Positions 25,151-39,125 of a stretch of DNA of 64,000 nucleotides are shown in pieces. The stretch is from Squalus acanthias (lineage: Eukaryota): the NCBI GenBank assembly GCA_030390025.1, contig CM059431.1, forward strand, positions 104,906,001 to 104,970,000, given 5' to 3'. The notes below the pieces were generated by a model. The model was given only the letters and a program-made list of their open reading frames with translations, did not search any database and was not told the DNA's origin. Each line of letters starts with the position of its first letter. The first letter of the stretch is position 1. The translations under genes and the position numbers were made by a program.

Positions 25151-25454
25151 GCATCGAACTCTGCAAATCTAGAAAGCCACAACTTCAAGATCCTATAAAA
25201 TATAAATAACATTTAAAGCACTCACATTTTGGAATGGCATCATTTTTTTGTGATATCGTACAAATATTACAGCTAGGTCCGAGTCACGGCGTTCAAACCT
25301 CGGAGCAGCACTTCATCTAACTGCTGAAATAACCTGTACTTTAGACTGAGTCAAGTCAAACCTAAATTCCGACTTCAGATATTTCCGAAATGTTAGCGGG
25401 AGATGGGGAAAGTGTCAATACCAGCACAATCAACTGTTTTTTTTTCTGTTATTG

Positions 25455-25545
25455 GAAAGGTCGTCGACCTGAAACGTTGACTCTGTTTCTCTCACCACAG
25501 ATGCTGCCTGACCTGCTGAGTGTTTCCAGCACTTCCTGTTTTTTT
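25455..25545 (+). mobile_element. Penelope-derived short element, truncated within the hammerhead
   Basis: gaaaggtcgtcgacctgaaacgttgactctg... Confidence 0.75.
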
Positions 25546-26299
25546 TTTTAAGTACAACATAAGCTTGTTAAAAGCTGAGCACCATTGTGCGAGAAAGGGT
25601 AAACCAGGAAAATAAAGGCATCGGGGCTGAGGAATCAAGGAGTCATTGCACCTACTATGGAAAGGAGAGCCTATCAACACAGATTGCCAAGATCAACCAA
25701 CTCCTTGCAGTGCCCTGTCATTGGAGCTGGCAGGAGTTGCTAAACCAGTTCCTCTGAATAAGCATGTCCTGTCAGACAATACTCTCGGGAAGGGAATCAA
25801 ACCAAAACTGGAAGAATTTAGCCTGATTTAATCAGAGAATGCATATAAATCTCTGACTGAACCAATTTACAGAGTTCCTGGATCCAGGCAGATCACACAG
25901 GCCTTTCACCAGATGACTGAATTGCAATGACACACAGCAGAGTGAAGAAGGTTAATAAGATGCTTCGCGTCTGGGTACAAGTGAGTCTCCTGTGAGAACC
26001 CCCAAAGGCAGTGAATCGCGCTGAGTTCAGTGTTAATCTCAGTCAAGGACTCAACCTCTCCCTCATAGTAATCCAGTATGGCTGGGCCTGCAGACATTCA
26101 GATTATGTGAGCGAGTCACCAGTTTCCCAATATCTCTCACGTCAGGTATACTCAGGTTTCAGAGTTGGTGTGTGCGAGTGTTTCTCAGGGTTTTTTTTTG
26201 AACATAGAATTTCACTGACAATCACCCTCTCAAGGACACTGCTGTGGCAAAGGGGTAAAAAAGTCACTGGGGCTGAGTAGAGAGAATTTTATTCAGCAA

Positions 26300-26465
26300 T
26301 TTCATCGAATTACACAGAAACAGGCCATTCGGCCCAACTGTCTGTGCCGGAGTTTATGCTCCACATGAGCCTCCTCTCACCCCTCTTCATCTCACCTAAT
26401 CAACATAACCTCCTATTCCTTTCTCCCTCATACACATTTCCAGCTTCCCCTTAAAGGTATCTATG
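26300..26465 (-). mobile_element. CR1 3' tail fragment
   Basis: acagaaacaggccattcggcccaac..tttatgctccac; relatives at 46140-46380 and 61575-61740. Confidence 0.75.
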
Positions 26466-26569
26466 ATTTTAAATTTGCCGTTTCTTAACTGGGGCAATAT
26501 GGAGGGAGATGCAGTGTGCATCTAACCTGTGTCATTTCCGACCTGGGAGTGATGATGGGACAGTGGCCA

Positions 26570-29500
26570 ACAGCAGAGATACAGTCAGTAACACAGGGCG
26601 CTGGGGGGAGGGGTTACTGAATGACTGTGTGAGGGAGCTGGATTAACATCAGTAGAGATACAGTCAGTAACACAGGGCGCTGGGAGGAGAGGTTACTGAG
26701 TGACAGTGTGAGGGAGGTGGATTAACATCAGTACAGGGACAGTCAGTAACACAGGGCGCTGGGGGGAGAGGTTACTGAGTGACAGTGAGGGGGCTGGATT
26801 AACATCAGTAGAGATACAGTCAGTAATACAGGGCGCTGGGGGAGAGGGATTACTGAGTGACAGTGTGAGGGAGCTGGATTAACATTAGTAGAGATACAGT
26901 CAGTAACACAGGGTGCTGGGGGAGTGGGGTTACTGAGTGACAGTGAGAGGGAGCTGGATTAACATCAGTAGAGATACAGTCAGTAACACAGGGTGCTGGG
27001 GGAGTGGGGTTACTGAGTGACAGTGAGAGGGAGCTGGATTAACACCAGTAGAGGTACAGTCAGTGACACAGGGCGATGGGGGGAGAGGGATTACTGAGTG
27101 ACAGTGTGAGGGAGCTGGATTAACATCAGTAGAGATACAGTCAGTAACACAGGGCGCTGGGGGAGTGGGGTTACTGAGTGACAGTGAGAGGGAGCTGGAT
27201 TAACATCAGTAGAGATACAGTCAGTAACACAGGGCGCTGGGAGGAGAGGTTACTGAGAGACAGTGTGAGGGAGGTGCATTAACATCAGTACAGGGACAGT
27301 CAGTAACACAGGGTGCTGGGGGAGTGGGGTTACTGAGTGACAGTGAGAGGGAGCTGGATTAACACCAGTAGAGGTACAGTCAGTGACACAGGGCGATGGG
27401 GGGAGAGGGATTACTGAGTGACAGTGTGAGGGAGCTGGATTAACATCAGTAGAGATACAGTCAGTAACACAGGGCGCTGGGAGGAGAGGTTACTGAGAGA
27501 CAGTGTGAGGGAGGTGGATTAACATCAGTACAGGGACAGTCAGTAACACAGGGCGCTGGGGGGAGAGGTTACTGAGTGACAGTGAGGGGGCTGGATTAAC
27601 ATCAGTAGAGATACAGTCAGTAATACAGGGCGCTGGGGGAGAGGGATTACTGAGTGACAGTGTGAGGGAGCTGGATTAACATCAGTAGAGATACAGTCAG
27701 TAACACAGGGTGCTGGGGGAGTGGGGTTACTGAGTGACAGTGAGAGGGAGCTGGATTAACATCAGTAGAGATACAGTCAGTAACACAGGTTGCTGGGGGA
27801 GTGGGGTTACTGAGTGACAGTGAGAGGGAGCTGGATTAGCACCAGTAGAGGTACAGTCAGTGACACAGGGCGCTGGGGGGAGAGGTTACTGAGTGACAGT
27901 GAGGGGGCTGGATTAACATGAGTAGAGATACAGTCAGTGAAACAGGGTGCTGGGAGGAGAGGTTACTGAGAGACAGTGTGAGGGAGGTGGATTAACATCA
28001 GTACAGGGACAGTCAGTAACACAGGGCGCTGGGGGGAGAGGTTACTGAGTGACAGTGAGGGGGCTGGATTAACATCAGTAGAGATACAGTCAGTAATACA
28101 GGGCGCTGGGGGAGAGGGATTACTGAGTGACAGTGTGAGGGAGCTGGATTAACATCAGTAGAGATACAGTCAGTAACACAGGGTGCTGGGGGAGTGGGGT
28201 TACTGAGTGACAGTGAGAGGGAGCTGGATTAACATCAGTAGAGATACAGTCAGTAACACAGGGTGCTGGGGGAGTGGGGTTACTGAGTGACAGTGAGAGG
28301 GAGCTGGATTAACACCAGTAGAGGTACAGTCAGTGACACAGGGCGATGGGGGGAGAGGGATTACTGAGTGACAGTGTGAGGAGCTGGATTAACATCAGTA
28401 GAGATACAGTCAGTAACACAGGGTGCTGGGGGAGTGGGGTTACTGAGTGACAGTGAGAGGGAGCTGGATTAACATCAATAGAGATACAGTCAGTAACACA
28501 GGGCGCTGGGGGGAGGGGTTACTGAATGACTGTGTGAGGGAGCTGGATTAACATCATTAGCGATACAGTCAGTAGCACAAGGTGCTGGGGGGAGGGGTTA
28601 CTGAGTGACAGTGTGAGGGAGCTGGATTAACATCAGTAGAGATACAGTCAGTAACACAGGGCGCTGGGAGGAGAGGTTACTGAGTGACAGTGTGAGGGAG
28701 GTGGATTAACCTCAGTACAGGGACAGTCAGTAACACAGGGCGCTGGGGGGAGAGGTTACTGAGTGACAGTGAGGGGGCTGGATTAACATCAGCAGAGATA
28801 CAATCAGTAATACAGGGCGCTGGGGGAGAGGGATTACTGAGTGACAGTGTGAGGGAGCTGGATTAACATCAGTAGAGCTACAGTCAGTAACACAGGGTGC
28901 TGGGGGAGTGGGGTTACTGAGTGACAGTGAGAGGGAGCTGGATTAACATCAGTAGAGATACAGTCAGTAGCACAGGGTGCTGGGGGAGTGGGGTTACTGA
29001 GTGACAGTGAGAGGGAGCTAGATTAACACCAGTAGAGGTACAGTCAGTGACACAGGGCGATGGGGGGAGAGGGATTACTGAGTGACAGTGTGAGGGAGCT
29101 GGATTAACATCAGTAGAGATACAGTCAGTAACACAGGGTGCTGGGGGAGTGGGGTTACTGAGTGACAGTGAGAGGGAGCTGGATTAACATCAGTAGAGAT
29201 ACAGTCAGTAACACAGGGCGCTGGGAGGAGAGGTTACTGAGAGACAGTGTGAGGGAGGTGGATTAACATCAGTACAGGTACAGTCAGTAACACAGGGCGC
29301 TGGGGGGAGAGGTTACTGAGTGACAGTGAGGGGGCTGGATTAACATCAGTAGAGATACAGTCAGTAATACAGGGCGCTGGGGGAGAGGGATTACTGAGTG
29401 ACAGTGTGAGGGAGCTGGATTAACATCAGTAGAGATACAGTCAGTAACACAGGGTGCTGGGGGAGTGGGATTACTGAGTGACAGTGTGAGGGAGCTGGAT

Positions 29501-32500
29501 TAACATCAGTAGAGATACAGTCAGTAACACAGGGTGCTGGGGGAGTGGGGTTACTGAGTGACAGTGAGAGGGAGCTGGATTAACATCAGTAGAGATACAG
29601 TCAGTAACACAGGGTGCTGGGGAAGTGGGGTTACTGAGTGACAGTGAGAGGGAGCTGGATTAGCACCAGTAGAGATACAGTCAGTGACACAGGGCGCTGG
29701 GGGGAGAGGTTACTGAGTGACAGTGAGGGGCCTGGATTAACATCAGTAGAGATACAGTCAGTAACACAGGGTGCTGGGAGGAGAGGTTACTGAGTGACAG
29801 TGTGAGGGAGGTGGATTAACATCAGTACAGGGACAGTCAGTAACACAGGGTGCTGGGGGGAGAGGTAACTGAGTGACAGTGAGGGGGCTGGATTAACATC
29901 AGTAGAGATACAGTCAGTAATACAGGGCGCTGGGGGAGAGGGATTACTGAGTGACAGTGTGAGGGAAAGGATTAACATCAGTAGAGATACAGTCAGTCAC
30001 ACAGGGTGCTGGGGGAGTGGGGTTACTGAGTGACAGCGAGAGGGAGCTGGATTAACATCAGTAGAGGTACAGTCAGTGACACAGGGCGATGTGGGGAGAG
30101 GGATTACTGAGTGACAGTGTGAGGGAGCCGGATTAACATCAGTAGAGATACAGTCAGTAATACAGGGCGCTGGGGGGAGAGGGATTACTGAGTGACAGTG
30201 TGAGGGAGCTGGATTAACATCAGTAGAGATGCAGTCAGTAACACAGGGCACTGGGGGAGAGGGATTACTGAGTGACAGTGAGAGGGAGCTGGATTAACAT
30301 CAGTAGAGATACAGTCAGTATCACAGGGTGCTGGGGGAGTGGGGTTACTGAGTGACAGTGAGAGGGAACTGGATTAACACCAGTAGAGATACAGTCAGTA
30401 ACACAGGGTTGCTGGGGGAGTGGGGTTACTGAGTGACTGTGAGAGGGAGCTGGATTAACATCAGTAGAGATACAGTCAGTATCACAGGGTGCTGGGGGAG
30501 TGGGATTACTGAGTGACAGTGTGAGGGAGCTGGATTAACATCAGTAGAGATACAGTCAGTATCACAGGGTGCTGGGGGAGTGGGGTTACTGAGTGACAGT
30601 GTGAGGGAGCTGGATTAACATCAGTAGAGATACAGTCAGTATCACAGGGTGCTGGGGGAGTGGGGTTACTGAGTCACAGTGTGAGGGAGCTGGATTAACA
30701 TCAGTAGGGATACAGTCAGTATCACAGGGTGCTGGGAGGAGAGGTTACTGAGAGACAGTGTGAGGGAGGTGGATTAACATCAGTACAGGGACAGTCAGTA
30801 ACACAGGGTGCTGGGGGAGTGGGGTTACTGAGTGACAGTGAGAGGGAGCTGGATTAACACCAGTAGAGGTACAGTCAGTGACACAGGGCGATGGGGGGAG
30901 AGGGATTACTGAGTGACAGTGTGAGGGAGCTGGATTAACATCAGTAGAGATACAGTCAGTAACACAGGGTGCTGGGGGAGTGGGGTTACTGAGTGACAGT
31001 GAGAGGGAGCTGGATTAACATCAATAGAGATACAGTCAGTAACACAGGGCGATGGGGGGAGAGGGATTACTGAGTGACAGTGTGAGGGAGCTGGATTAAC
31101 ATCAGTAGAGATACAGTCAGTAACACAGGGTGCTGGGGAAGTGGGGTTACTGAGTGACAGTGAGAGGGAGCTGGATTAGCACCAGTAGAGATACAGTCAG
31201 TGACACAGGGCGCTGGGGGGAGAGGTTACTGAGTGACAGTGAGGGGCCTGGATTAACATCAGTAGAGATACAGTCAGTAACACAGGGTGCTGGGAGGAGA
31301 GGTTACTGAGTGACAGTGTGAGGGAGGTGGATTAACATCAGTACAGGGACAGTCAGTAACACAGGGTGCTGGGGGGAGAGGTAACTGAGTGACAGTGAGG
31401 GGGCTGGATTAACATCAGTAGAGATACAGTCAGTAATACAGGGCGCTGGGGGAGAGGGATTACTGAGTGACAGTGTGAGGGAAAGGATTAACATCAGTAG
31501 AGATACAGTCAGTCACACAGGGTGCTGGGGGAGTGGGGTTACTGAGTGACAGCGAGAGGGAGCTGGATTAACATCAGTAGAGGTACAGTCAGTGACACAG
31601 GGCGATGTGGGGAGAGGGATTACTGAGTGACAGTGTGAGGGAGCTGGATTAACATCAGTAGAGATACAGTCAGTAATACAGGGCGCTGGGGGGAGAGGGA
31701 TTACTGAGTGACAGTGTGAGGGAGCTGGATTAACATCAGTAGAGATGCAGTCAGTAACACAGGGCACTGGGGGAGAGGGATTACTGAGTGACAGTGAGAG
31801 GGAGCTGGATTAACATCAGTAGAGATACAGTCAGTATCACAGGGTGCTGGGGGAGTGGGGTTACTGAGTGACAGTGAGAGGGAACTGGATTAACATCAGT
31901 AGAGATACAGTCAGTAACACAGGGTTGCTGGGGGAGTGGGGTTACTGAGTGACTGTGAGAGGGAGCTGGATTAACATCAGTAGAGATACAGTCAGTATCA
32001 CAGGGTGCTGGGGGAGTGGGGTTATGAGTGACAGTGTGAGGGAGCTGGATTAACATCAGTAGAGATACAGTCAGTATCACAGGGTGCTGGGGGAGTGGGG
32101 TTACTGAGTGACAGTGTGAGGGAGCTGGATTAACATCAGTAGGGATACAGTCAGTATCACAGGGTGCTGGGAGGAGAGGTTACTGAGAGACAGTGTGAGG
32201 GAGGTGGATTAACATCAGTACAGGGACAGTCAGTAACACAGGGTGCTGGGGGAGTGGGGTTACTGAGTGACAGTGAGAGGGAGCTGGATTAACACCAGTA
32301 GAGGTACAGTCAGTGACACAGGGCGATGGGGGGAGAGGGATTACTGAGTGACAGTGTGAGGGAGCTGGATTAACATCAGTAGAGATACAGTCAGTAACAC
32401 AGGGTGCTGGGGGAGTGGGGTTACTGAGTGACAGTGAGAGGGAGCTGGATTAACATCAATAGAGATACAGTCAGTAACACAGGGTGCTGGGGGAGTGGGG

Positions 32501-35500
32501 TTACTGAGTGACAGTGAGAGGGAGCTGGATTAACAGCAGTAGAGGTACAGTCAGTGACACAGGGCGATGGGGGGAGAGGGATTACTGAGTGACAGTGTGA
32601 GGGAGCTGGATTAACATCAGTAGAGATACAGTCAGTAATACAGGGTGCTAGGGGAGAGGGATTACTGAGTGACAGTGTGAGGGAGCTGGATTAACATCAG
32701 TAGAGATACAGTCAGTAACACAGGGCACTGGGGGGAGGGGTTACTGAATGACTGTGTGAGGGAGCTGGATTAACATCATTAGAGATACAGTCAGTAACAC
32801 AGGGTGCTGGGGGGAGGGGTTACTGAGTGACAGTGTGAGGGAGCTGGATTAACATCAGTAGAGATACAGTCAGTAACACAGGGCGCTGGGAGGAGAGGTT
32901 ACTGAGTGACAGTGTGAGGGAGGTGGATTAACATCAGTACAGGGACAGTCAGTAACACAGGGCGCTGGGGGGAGAGGTTACTGAGTGACAGTGAGGGGGC
33001 TGGATTAACATCAGTAGAGATACAGTCAGTAATACAGGGCGCTGGGGGAGAGGGATTACTGAGTGACAGTGTGAGGGAGCTGGATTAACATTAGTAGAGA
33101 TACAGTCAGTAACACAGGGTGCTGGGGGAGTGGGGTTACTGAGTGACAGTGAGAGGGAGCTGGATTAACACCAGTAGAGGTACAGTCAGTGACACAGGGC
33201 GATGGGGGGAGAGGGATTACTGAGTGACAGTGTGAGGGAGCTGGATTAACATCAGTAGAGATACAGTCAGTAACACAGGGCGCTGGGAGGAGAGGTTACT
33301 GAGAGACAGTGTGAGGGAGGTGGATTAACATCAGTACAGGGACAGTCAGTAACACAGGGCGCTGGGGGGAGAGGTTACTGAGTGACAGTGAGGGGGCTGG
33401 ATTAACATCAGTAGAGATACAGTCAGTAATACAGGGCGCTGGGGGAGAGGGATTACTGAGTGACAGTGTGAGGGAGCTGGATTAACATCAGTAGAGATAC
33501 AGTCAGTAACACAGGGTGCTGGGGGAGTGGGCTTACTGAGTGACAGTGAGAGGGAGCTGGATTAACATCAGTAGAGATACAGTCAGTAACACAGGGTGCT
33601 GGGGGAGTGGGGTTACTGAGTGACAGTGAGAGGGAGCTGGATTAGCACCAGTAGAGGTACAGTCAGTGACACAGGGCGCTGGGGGGAGAGGTTACTGAGT
33701 GACAGTGAGGGGGCTGGATTAACATGAGTAGAGATACAGTCAGTGACACAGGGTGCTGGGAGGAGAGGTTACTGAGAGACAGTGTGAGGGAGGTGGATTA
33801 ACATCAGTACAGGGACAGTCAGTAACACAGGGCGCTGGGGGGAGAGGTTACTGAGTGACAGTGAGGGGGCTGGATTAACATCAGTAGAGATACAGTCAGT
33901 AATACAGGGCGCTGGGGGAGAGGGATTACTGAGTGACAGTGTGAGGGAGCTGGATTAACATCAGTAGAGATACAGTCTATAACACAGGGTGCTGGGGGAG
34001 TGGGGTTACTGAGTGACAGTGAGAGGGAGCTGGATTAACATCAGTAGAGATACAGTCAGTAACACAGGGTGCTGGGGGAGTGGGGTTACTGAGTGACAGT
34101 GAGAGGGAGCTGGATTAACACCAGCAGAGGTACAGTCAGTGACACAGGGCGATGGGGGGAGAGGGATTACTGAGTGACAGTGTGAGGGAGCTGGATTAAC
34201 ATCAGTAGAGATACAGTCAGTAACACAGGGTGCTGGGGGAGTGGGGTTACTGAGTGACAGTGAGAGGGAGCTGGATTAGCAGCAGTAGAGGTACAGTCAG
34301 TGACACAGGGCGATGGGGGGAGAGGGATTACTGAGTGACAGTGTGAGGGAGCTGGATTAACATCAGTAGAGATACAGTCAGTAATAAAGGGCGCTGGGGG
34401 AGAGGGATTACTGAGTGACAGTGTGAGGGAGCTGGATTAACATCATTAGCGATACAGTCAGTAACACAGGGTGCTGGGGGGAGGGGTTACTGAGTGACAG
34501 TGTGAGGGAGCTGGATTAACATCAGTAGAGATACAGTCAGTAACACAGGGTGCTGGGAGGAGAGGTTACTGAGTGACAGTGTGAGGGAGGTGGATTAACA
34601 TCAGTACAGGGACAGTCAGTAACACAGGGCGCTGGGGGGAGAGGTTACTGAGTGACAGTGAGGGGGCTGGATTAACATCAGTAGAGATACAGTCAGTAAC
34701 ACAGGGTGCTGGGAGGAGAGGTTACTGAGTGACAGTGTGAGGGAGCTGGATTAACATCAGTAGAGATACAGTCAGTAACACAGGGCGCTGGGAGGAGAGG
34801 TTACTGAGTGACAGTGTGAGGGAGGTGGATTAACATCAGTACAGGGACAGTCAGTAACACAGGGCGCTGGGGGGAGAGGTTACTGAGTGACAGTGAGGGG
34901 GCTGGATTAACATCAGTAGAGATACAATCAGTAATACAGGGCGCTGGGGGAGAGTGATTACTGAGTGACAGTGTGAGGGAGCTGGATTAACATCAGTAGA
35001 GCTACAGTCAGTAACACAGGGTGCTGGGGGAGTGGGGTTACTGAGTGACAGTGAGAGGGAGCTGGATTAACATCAGTAGAGATACAGTCAGTAGCACAGT
35101 GTACTGGGGGAGTGGGGTTACTGAGTGACAGTGAGAGGGAGCTGGATTAACACCAGTAGAGGTACAGTCAGTGACACAGGGCGATGGGGGGAGAGGGATT
35201 ACTGAGTGACAGTGTGAGGGAGCTGGATTAACATCAGTAGAGATACAGTCAGTAACACAGGGTGCTGGGGGAGTGGGGTTACTGAGTGACAGTGAGAGGG
35301 AGCTGGATTAACATCAGTAGAGATACAGTCAGTAACACAGGGCGCTGGGAGGAGAGGTTACTGAGAGACAGTGTGAGGGAGGTGGATTAACATCAGTACA
35401 GGTACAGTCAGTAACACAGGGCGCTGGGGGGAGAGGTTACTGAGTGACAGTGAGGGGGCTGGATTAACATCAGTAGAGATACAGTCAGTAATACAGGGCG

Positions 35501-35546
35501 CTGGGGGAGAGGGATTACTGATTGACAGTGTGAGGGAGCTGGATTA
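26570..35546. repeat. ~80-bp tandem repeat array, left part (~113 units)
   Basis: Unit CATCAGTAGAGATACAGTCAGTAACACAGGGTGCTGGGGGAGTGGGGTTACTGAGTGACAGTGAGAGGGAGCTGGATTAA with 77-81-bp variants. Confidence 0.98.
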
Positions 35547-37366
35547 CATAGATACATAGATACATAGAAGATAGGAGCAGGAGTAGGCCATCCGGCCCTT
35601 CGAGCCTGCTCCGCCATTTAATGAGATCATGGCTGATCCTCCAATTCAGTATCCCGTCCCCGCCTTCTCTCCGTAACCCTTAACCCCTTTTGCCTGTAGA
35701 AATATATCTAATTCCCTCTTAAATATATTTAATGAGCTGGCGTACACTGCCCTCTGTGGCAATGAGTTCCACAGGTTCACCACCCTCTGAGTGAAGAAAT
35801 TCCCCCTCATTTCTGTCCTAAATGGTTTAGCCCTTATCCTTAAATTATGACCTCTAGTTCTGTTCTCACCCGCCAAGGGAAACATTCCTTCTGCATCTAG
35901 TCTGTCTAGACCTGTCAGAATTTTATACACTTCTATGAGGTCCCCTCTCAATCTTCTAAACTCCAGTGTGTACATCCCTAAACTACATAGTCTCTCCTCA
36001 TAGGTCAATCCCGCCATTCCTGGTATCAGCCTGGTGAATCGCCGCTGCACCCCCTCCATGGCAAGAACATCTTTCCTCAGATGAGGCGACCAAAACTGTA
36101 CACAGTACTCGAGGTGTGGTCTCACCAGTGCCCTGTACAGCTGCAGCAGGTATCCCTGTTCCTGTATTCCAACCCTTTTGCTATGAAGGCCAGCATACCG
36201 TTTGCCTTCTTGATCGCCTGTTGCACCTGCATGCTCGCCTTCAGTGACTGGTGTACAAGAACACCCAGGTCTCTCTGTACTTCCCCCTCTCCCAATTTAT
36301 TGCCATTTAAATAATAATTTGCCCTCCCGTTCCTGCACCCAAGGTGGATAACTTCGCACTTGTCCACATTATAGTGCATCTGCCATTTATCCGCCCAATC
36401 ACCCAGTCTGTCCAAATCGCTCTGGAGCTTCCTGGTCTCCTCCTCTGAGCCCACCCCCCCTCCTAGTTTAGTGTCGTCTGCAAATTTGGAAATGCTGCAT
36501 CCGACTCCCTGATCCAGGTCATTAATGTAAATTGTGAACAGCTGGGGACCCAGGACAGATCCCTGTGGTACCCCACTTGTTACTGCCTGCCATTCAGAAA
36601 ATGAGCCGTTTATTCCAACTCTCTGTTTTCTATCTGACAGCCAGTTCTCTATCCACGTCAATACTTTCCCCTTTATCCCATGAGCTTCAATTTTCCCTGC
36701 TAATCTTTTATGTGGGACCTTATCGAAGGCCTTTTGGAAGTCCAGGTACACCACATCGACTGGCTCTCCCCCATCTATTTTACCAGTTACTCCCTCAAAA
36801 AATTCCAATAGATTAGTCAAGCACGATTTACCCTTTGTAAATCCATGTTGACTCTGTCCTATCCTGTCCCCATTTGCTAAGTGCTCCGCTATTTCATCCT
36901 TAATGATGGACTCCAGCATTTTGCCCACAACTGATGTAAGGCTTACAGGTCTGTAATTACCTGCTTTTTTCCTACCCCCCTTTTTGAATAGTGGGGTAAC
37001 GTTAGCTACCCTCCAATCCATGGGCACTGTTCCCGAGTCTAATGAATTCTGAAAAATCATACTTAGTGCATCCGCTATCTCTAGGGCCACCTCCTTCAGC
37101 ACCCTAGGATGCATGTTATCAGGCCCTGGGGATTTGTCCGCCTTCAATCCCTTTAGCTTCCTTAACACCATATCCTTAGAGATATTGACTTGCGTCAGTT
37201 CCTCCTTTGCAAATGTCCCTATTTTTCCCGATATCCCAGGGAGGTTCTTTGTGTCTTCCTTCGTAAAGACTGACCCAAAGTATGCATTTAGTTGGTCTGC
37301 CATTTCCTTATTTCCCGTTATATATTCCCCCGTATCTGACTGCAATGGGCCAACTTTGGTTTTCAC
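35547..37366 (-). mobile_element. 5'-truncated CR1 LINE (RT region, one frameshift) inserted in the array
   Basis: 414-aa ORF (NYRPVSLTS, QHGF, YLDFQKAFDKV, GVPQGSVLGP, FADD) plus 159-aa C-terminal ORF joined by a frameshift ~36150; (TATCTATG)n tail. Confidence 0.96.
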
Positions 37367-39125
37367 AGGGTGCTGGGGAGTGGGATTACTGAGTGACAGT
37401 GAGAGGGAGCTGGATTAACATCAGTAGAGATACAGTCAGTAACACAGGGTGCTGGGGGAGTGGGGTTACTGAGTGACAGTGAGAGGGAGCTGGATTAGCA
37501 CCAGTAGAGATACAGTCAGTGACACAGGGCGCTGGGGGGAGAGGTTACTGAGTGACAGTGAGGGGCCGGATTAACATCAGTAGAGATACAGTCAGTAACA
37601 CAGGGTGCTGGGAGGAGAGGTTACTGAGTGACAGTGTGAGGGAGGTGGATTAACATCAGTACAGGGACAGTCAGTAACACAGGGTGCTGGGGGGAGAGGT
37701 AACTGAGTGACAGTGAGGGGGCTGGATTAACATCAGTAGAGATACAGTCAGTAATACAGGGCGCTGGGGGAGAGGGATTACTGAGTGACAGTGTGAGGGA
37801 AAGGATTAACTTCAGTAGAGATACAGTCAGTAACACAGGGTGCTGGGGGAGTGGGGTTACTGAGTGACAGTGAGAGGGAGCTGGATTAACATCAGTAGAG
37901 ATACAGTCAGTAACACAGGGTGCTGGGGGAGTGGGGTTACTGAGTGACAGTGAGAGGGAGCTGGATTAACATCAGTAGAGGTACAGTCAGTGACACAGGG
38001 CGATGTGGGGAGAGGGATTACTGAGTGACAGTGTGAGGGAGCTGGATTAACATCAGTAGAGATACAGTCAGTAATACAGGGCGCTGGGGGAGAGGGATTA
38101 CTGAGTGACAGTGTGAGGGAGCTGGATTAACATCAGTAGAGATACAGTCAGTAACACAGGGTGCTGGGGGAGTGGGGTTACTGAGTGACAGTGAGAGGGA
38201 GCTCGATTAACACCAGTAGAGGTACAGTCAGTAATACAGGGCGCTGGGGGGAGAGGGATTACTGAGTGACAGTGTGAGGGAGCTGGATTAACATCAGTAG
38301 AGATGCAGTCAGTAACACAGGGCACTGGGGGAGAGGGGTTACTGAGTGACAGTGTGAGGGAACTGGATTAACACCAGTAGAGATACAGTCAGTATGACAG
38401 GGTGCTGGGGGAGTGGGGTTACTGAGTGACAGTGTAAGGGAGCTGGATTAACATCAGTAGAGATACAGTCAGTATCACAGGGTGCTGGGGGAGTGGGGTT
38501 ACTGAGTGACAGTGAGAGGGAACTGGATTAACACCAGTAGAGATACAGTCAGTAACACAGGGTTGCTGGGGGAGTGGGGTCACTGAGTGACAGTGTGAGG
38601 GAGCTGGATTAACATCAGTAGGGATACAGTCAGTATCACAGGGTGCTGGGGGAGTGGGGTTACTGAGTGACAGTGTGAGGGAGCTGGATTAACATCAGTA
38701 GAGATACAGTCAGTATCACAGGGTGCTGGAGGAGTGGGGTTAGTGAGTGACAGTGTGAGGGAGCTGGATTAACATCAGCAGAGATACAGTCAGTATCACA
38801 GGGTGCTGGGGGAGTGGGGTTACTGAGTGACAGTGTGAGGGAGCTGGATTAACATCAGTAGGGATACAGTCAGTATCACAGGGTGCTGGGGGAGTGGGGT
38901 TACTGAGTGACAGTGTGAGGGAGCTGGATTAACATCAGTAGAGATACAGTCAGTATCACAGGGTGCTGGGGGAGTGGGGTTACTGAGTGACAGTGAGAGG
39001 GAGCTGGATTAACACCAGTAGAGATACAGTCAGTATCACAGGATGCTGGGGGAGTGGGGTTACTGAGTGACAGTGAGAGGGAGCTGGATTAACACCAGTA
39101 GAGACACAATCAGCGACACGGGGCA
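37364..39125. repeat. ~80-bp tandem repeat array, right part (~22 units)
   Basis: Same unit resumes after the CR1 and decays at ~39120. Confidence 0.98.

Noticed and set aside
26570..39125. CRISPR array, or coding ORFs within the tandem array
   Set aside because: No unique spacers and no cas genes; eukaryotic context; short ORFs are repeat translations.
26570..39125. Immunoglobulin switch region or RSS cluster (GAGCTGG, ACAGTG motifs)
   Set aside because: About one AGCT per 80 bp, heptamer is GACAGTG rather than CACAGTG, no nonamers, no Ig/TCR exons seen.
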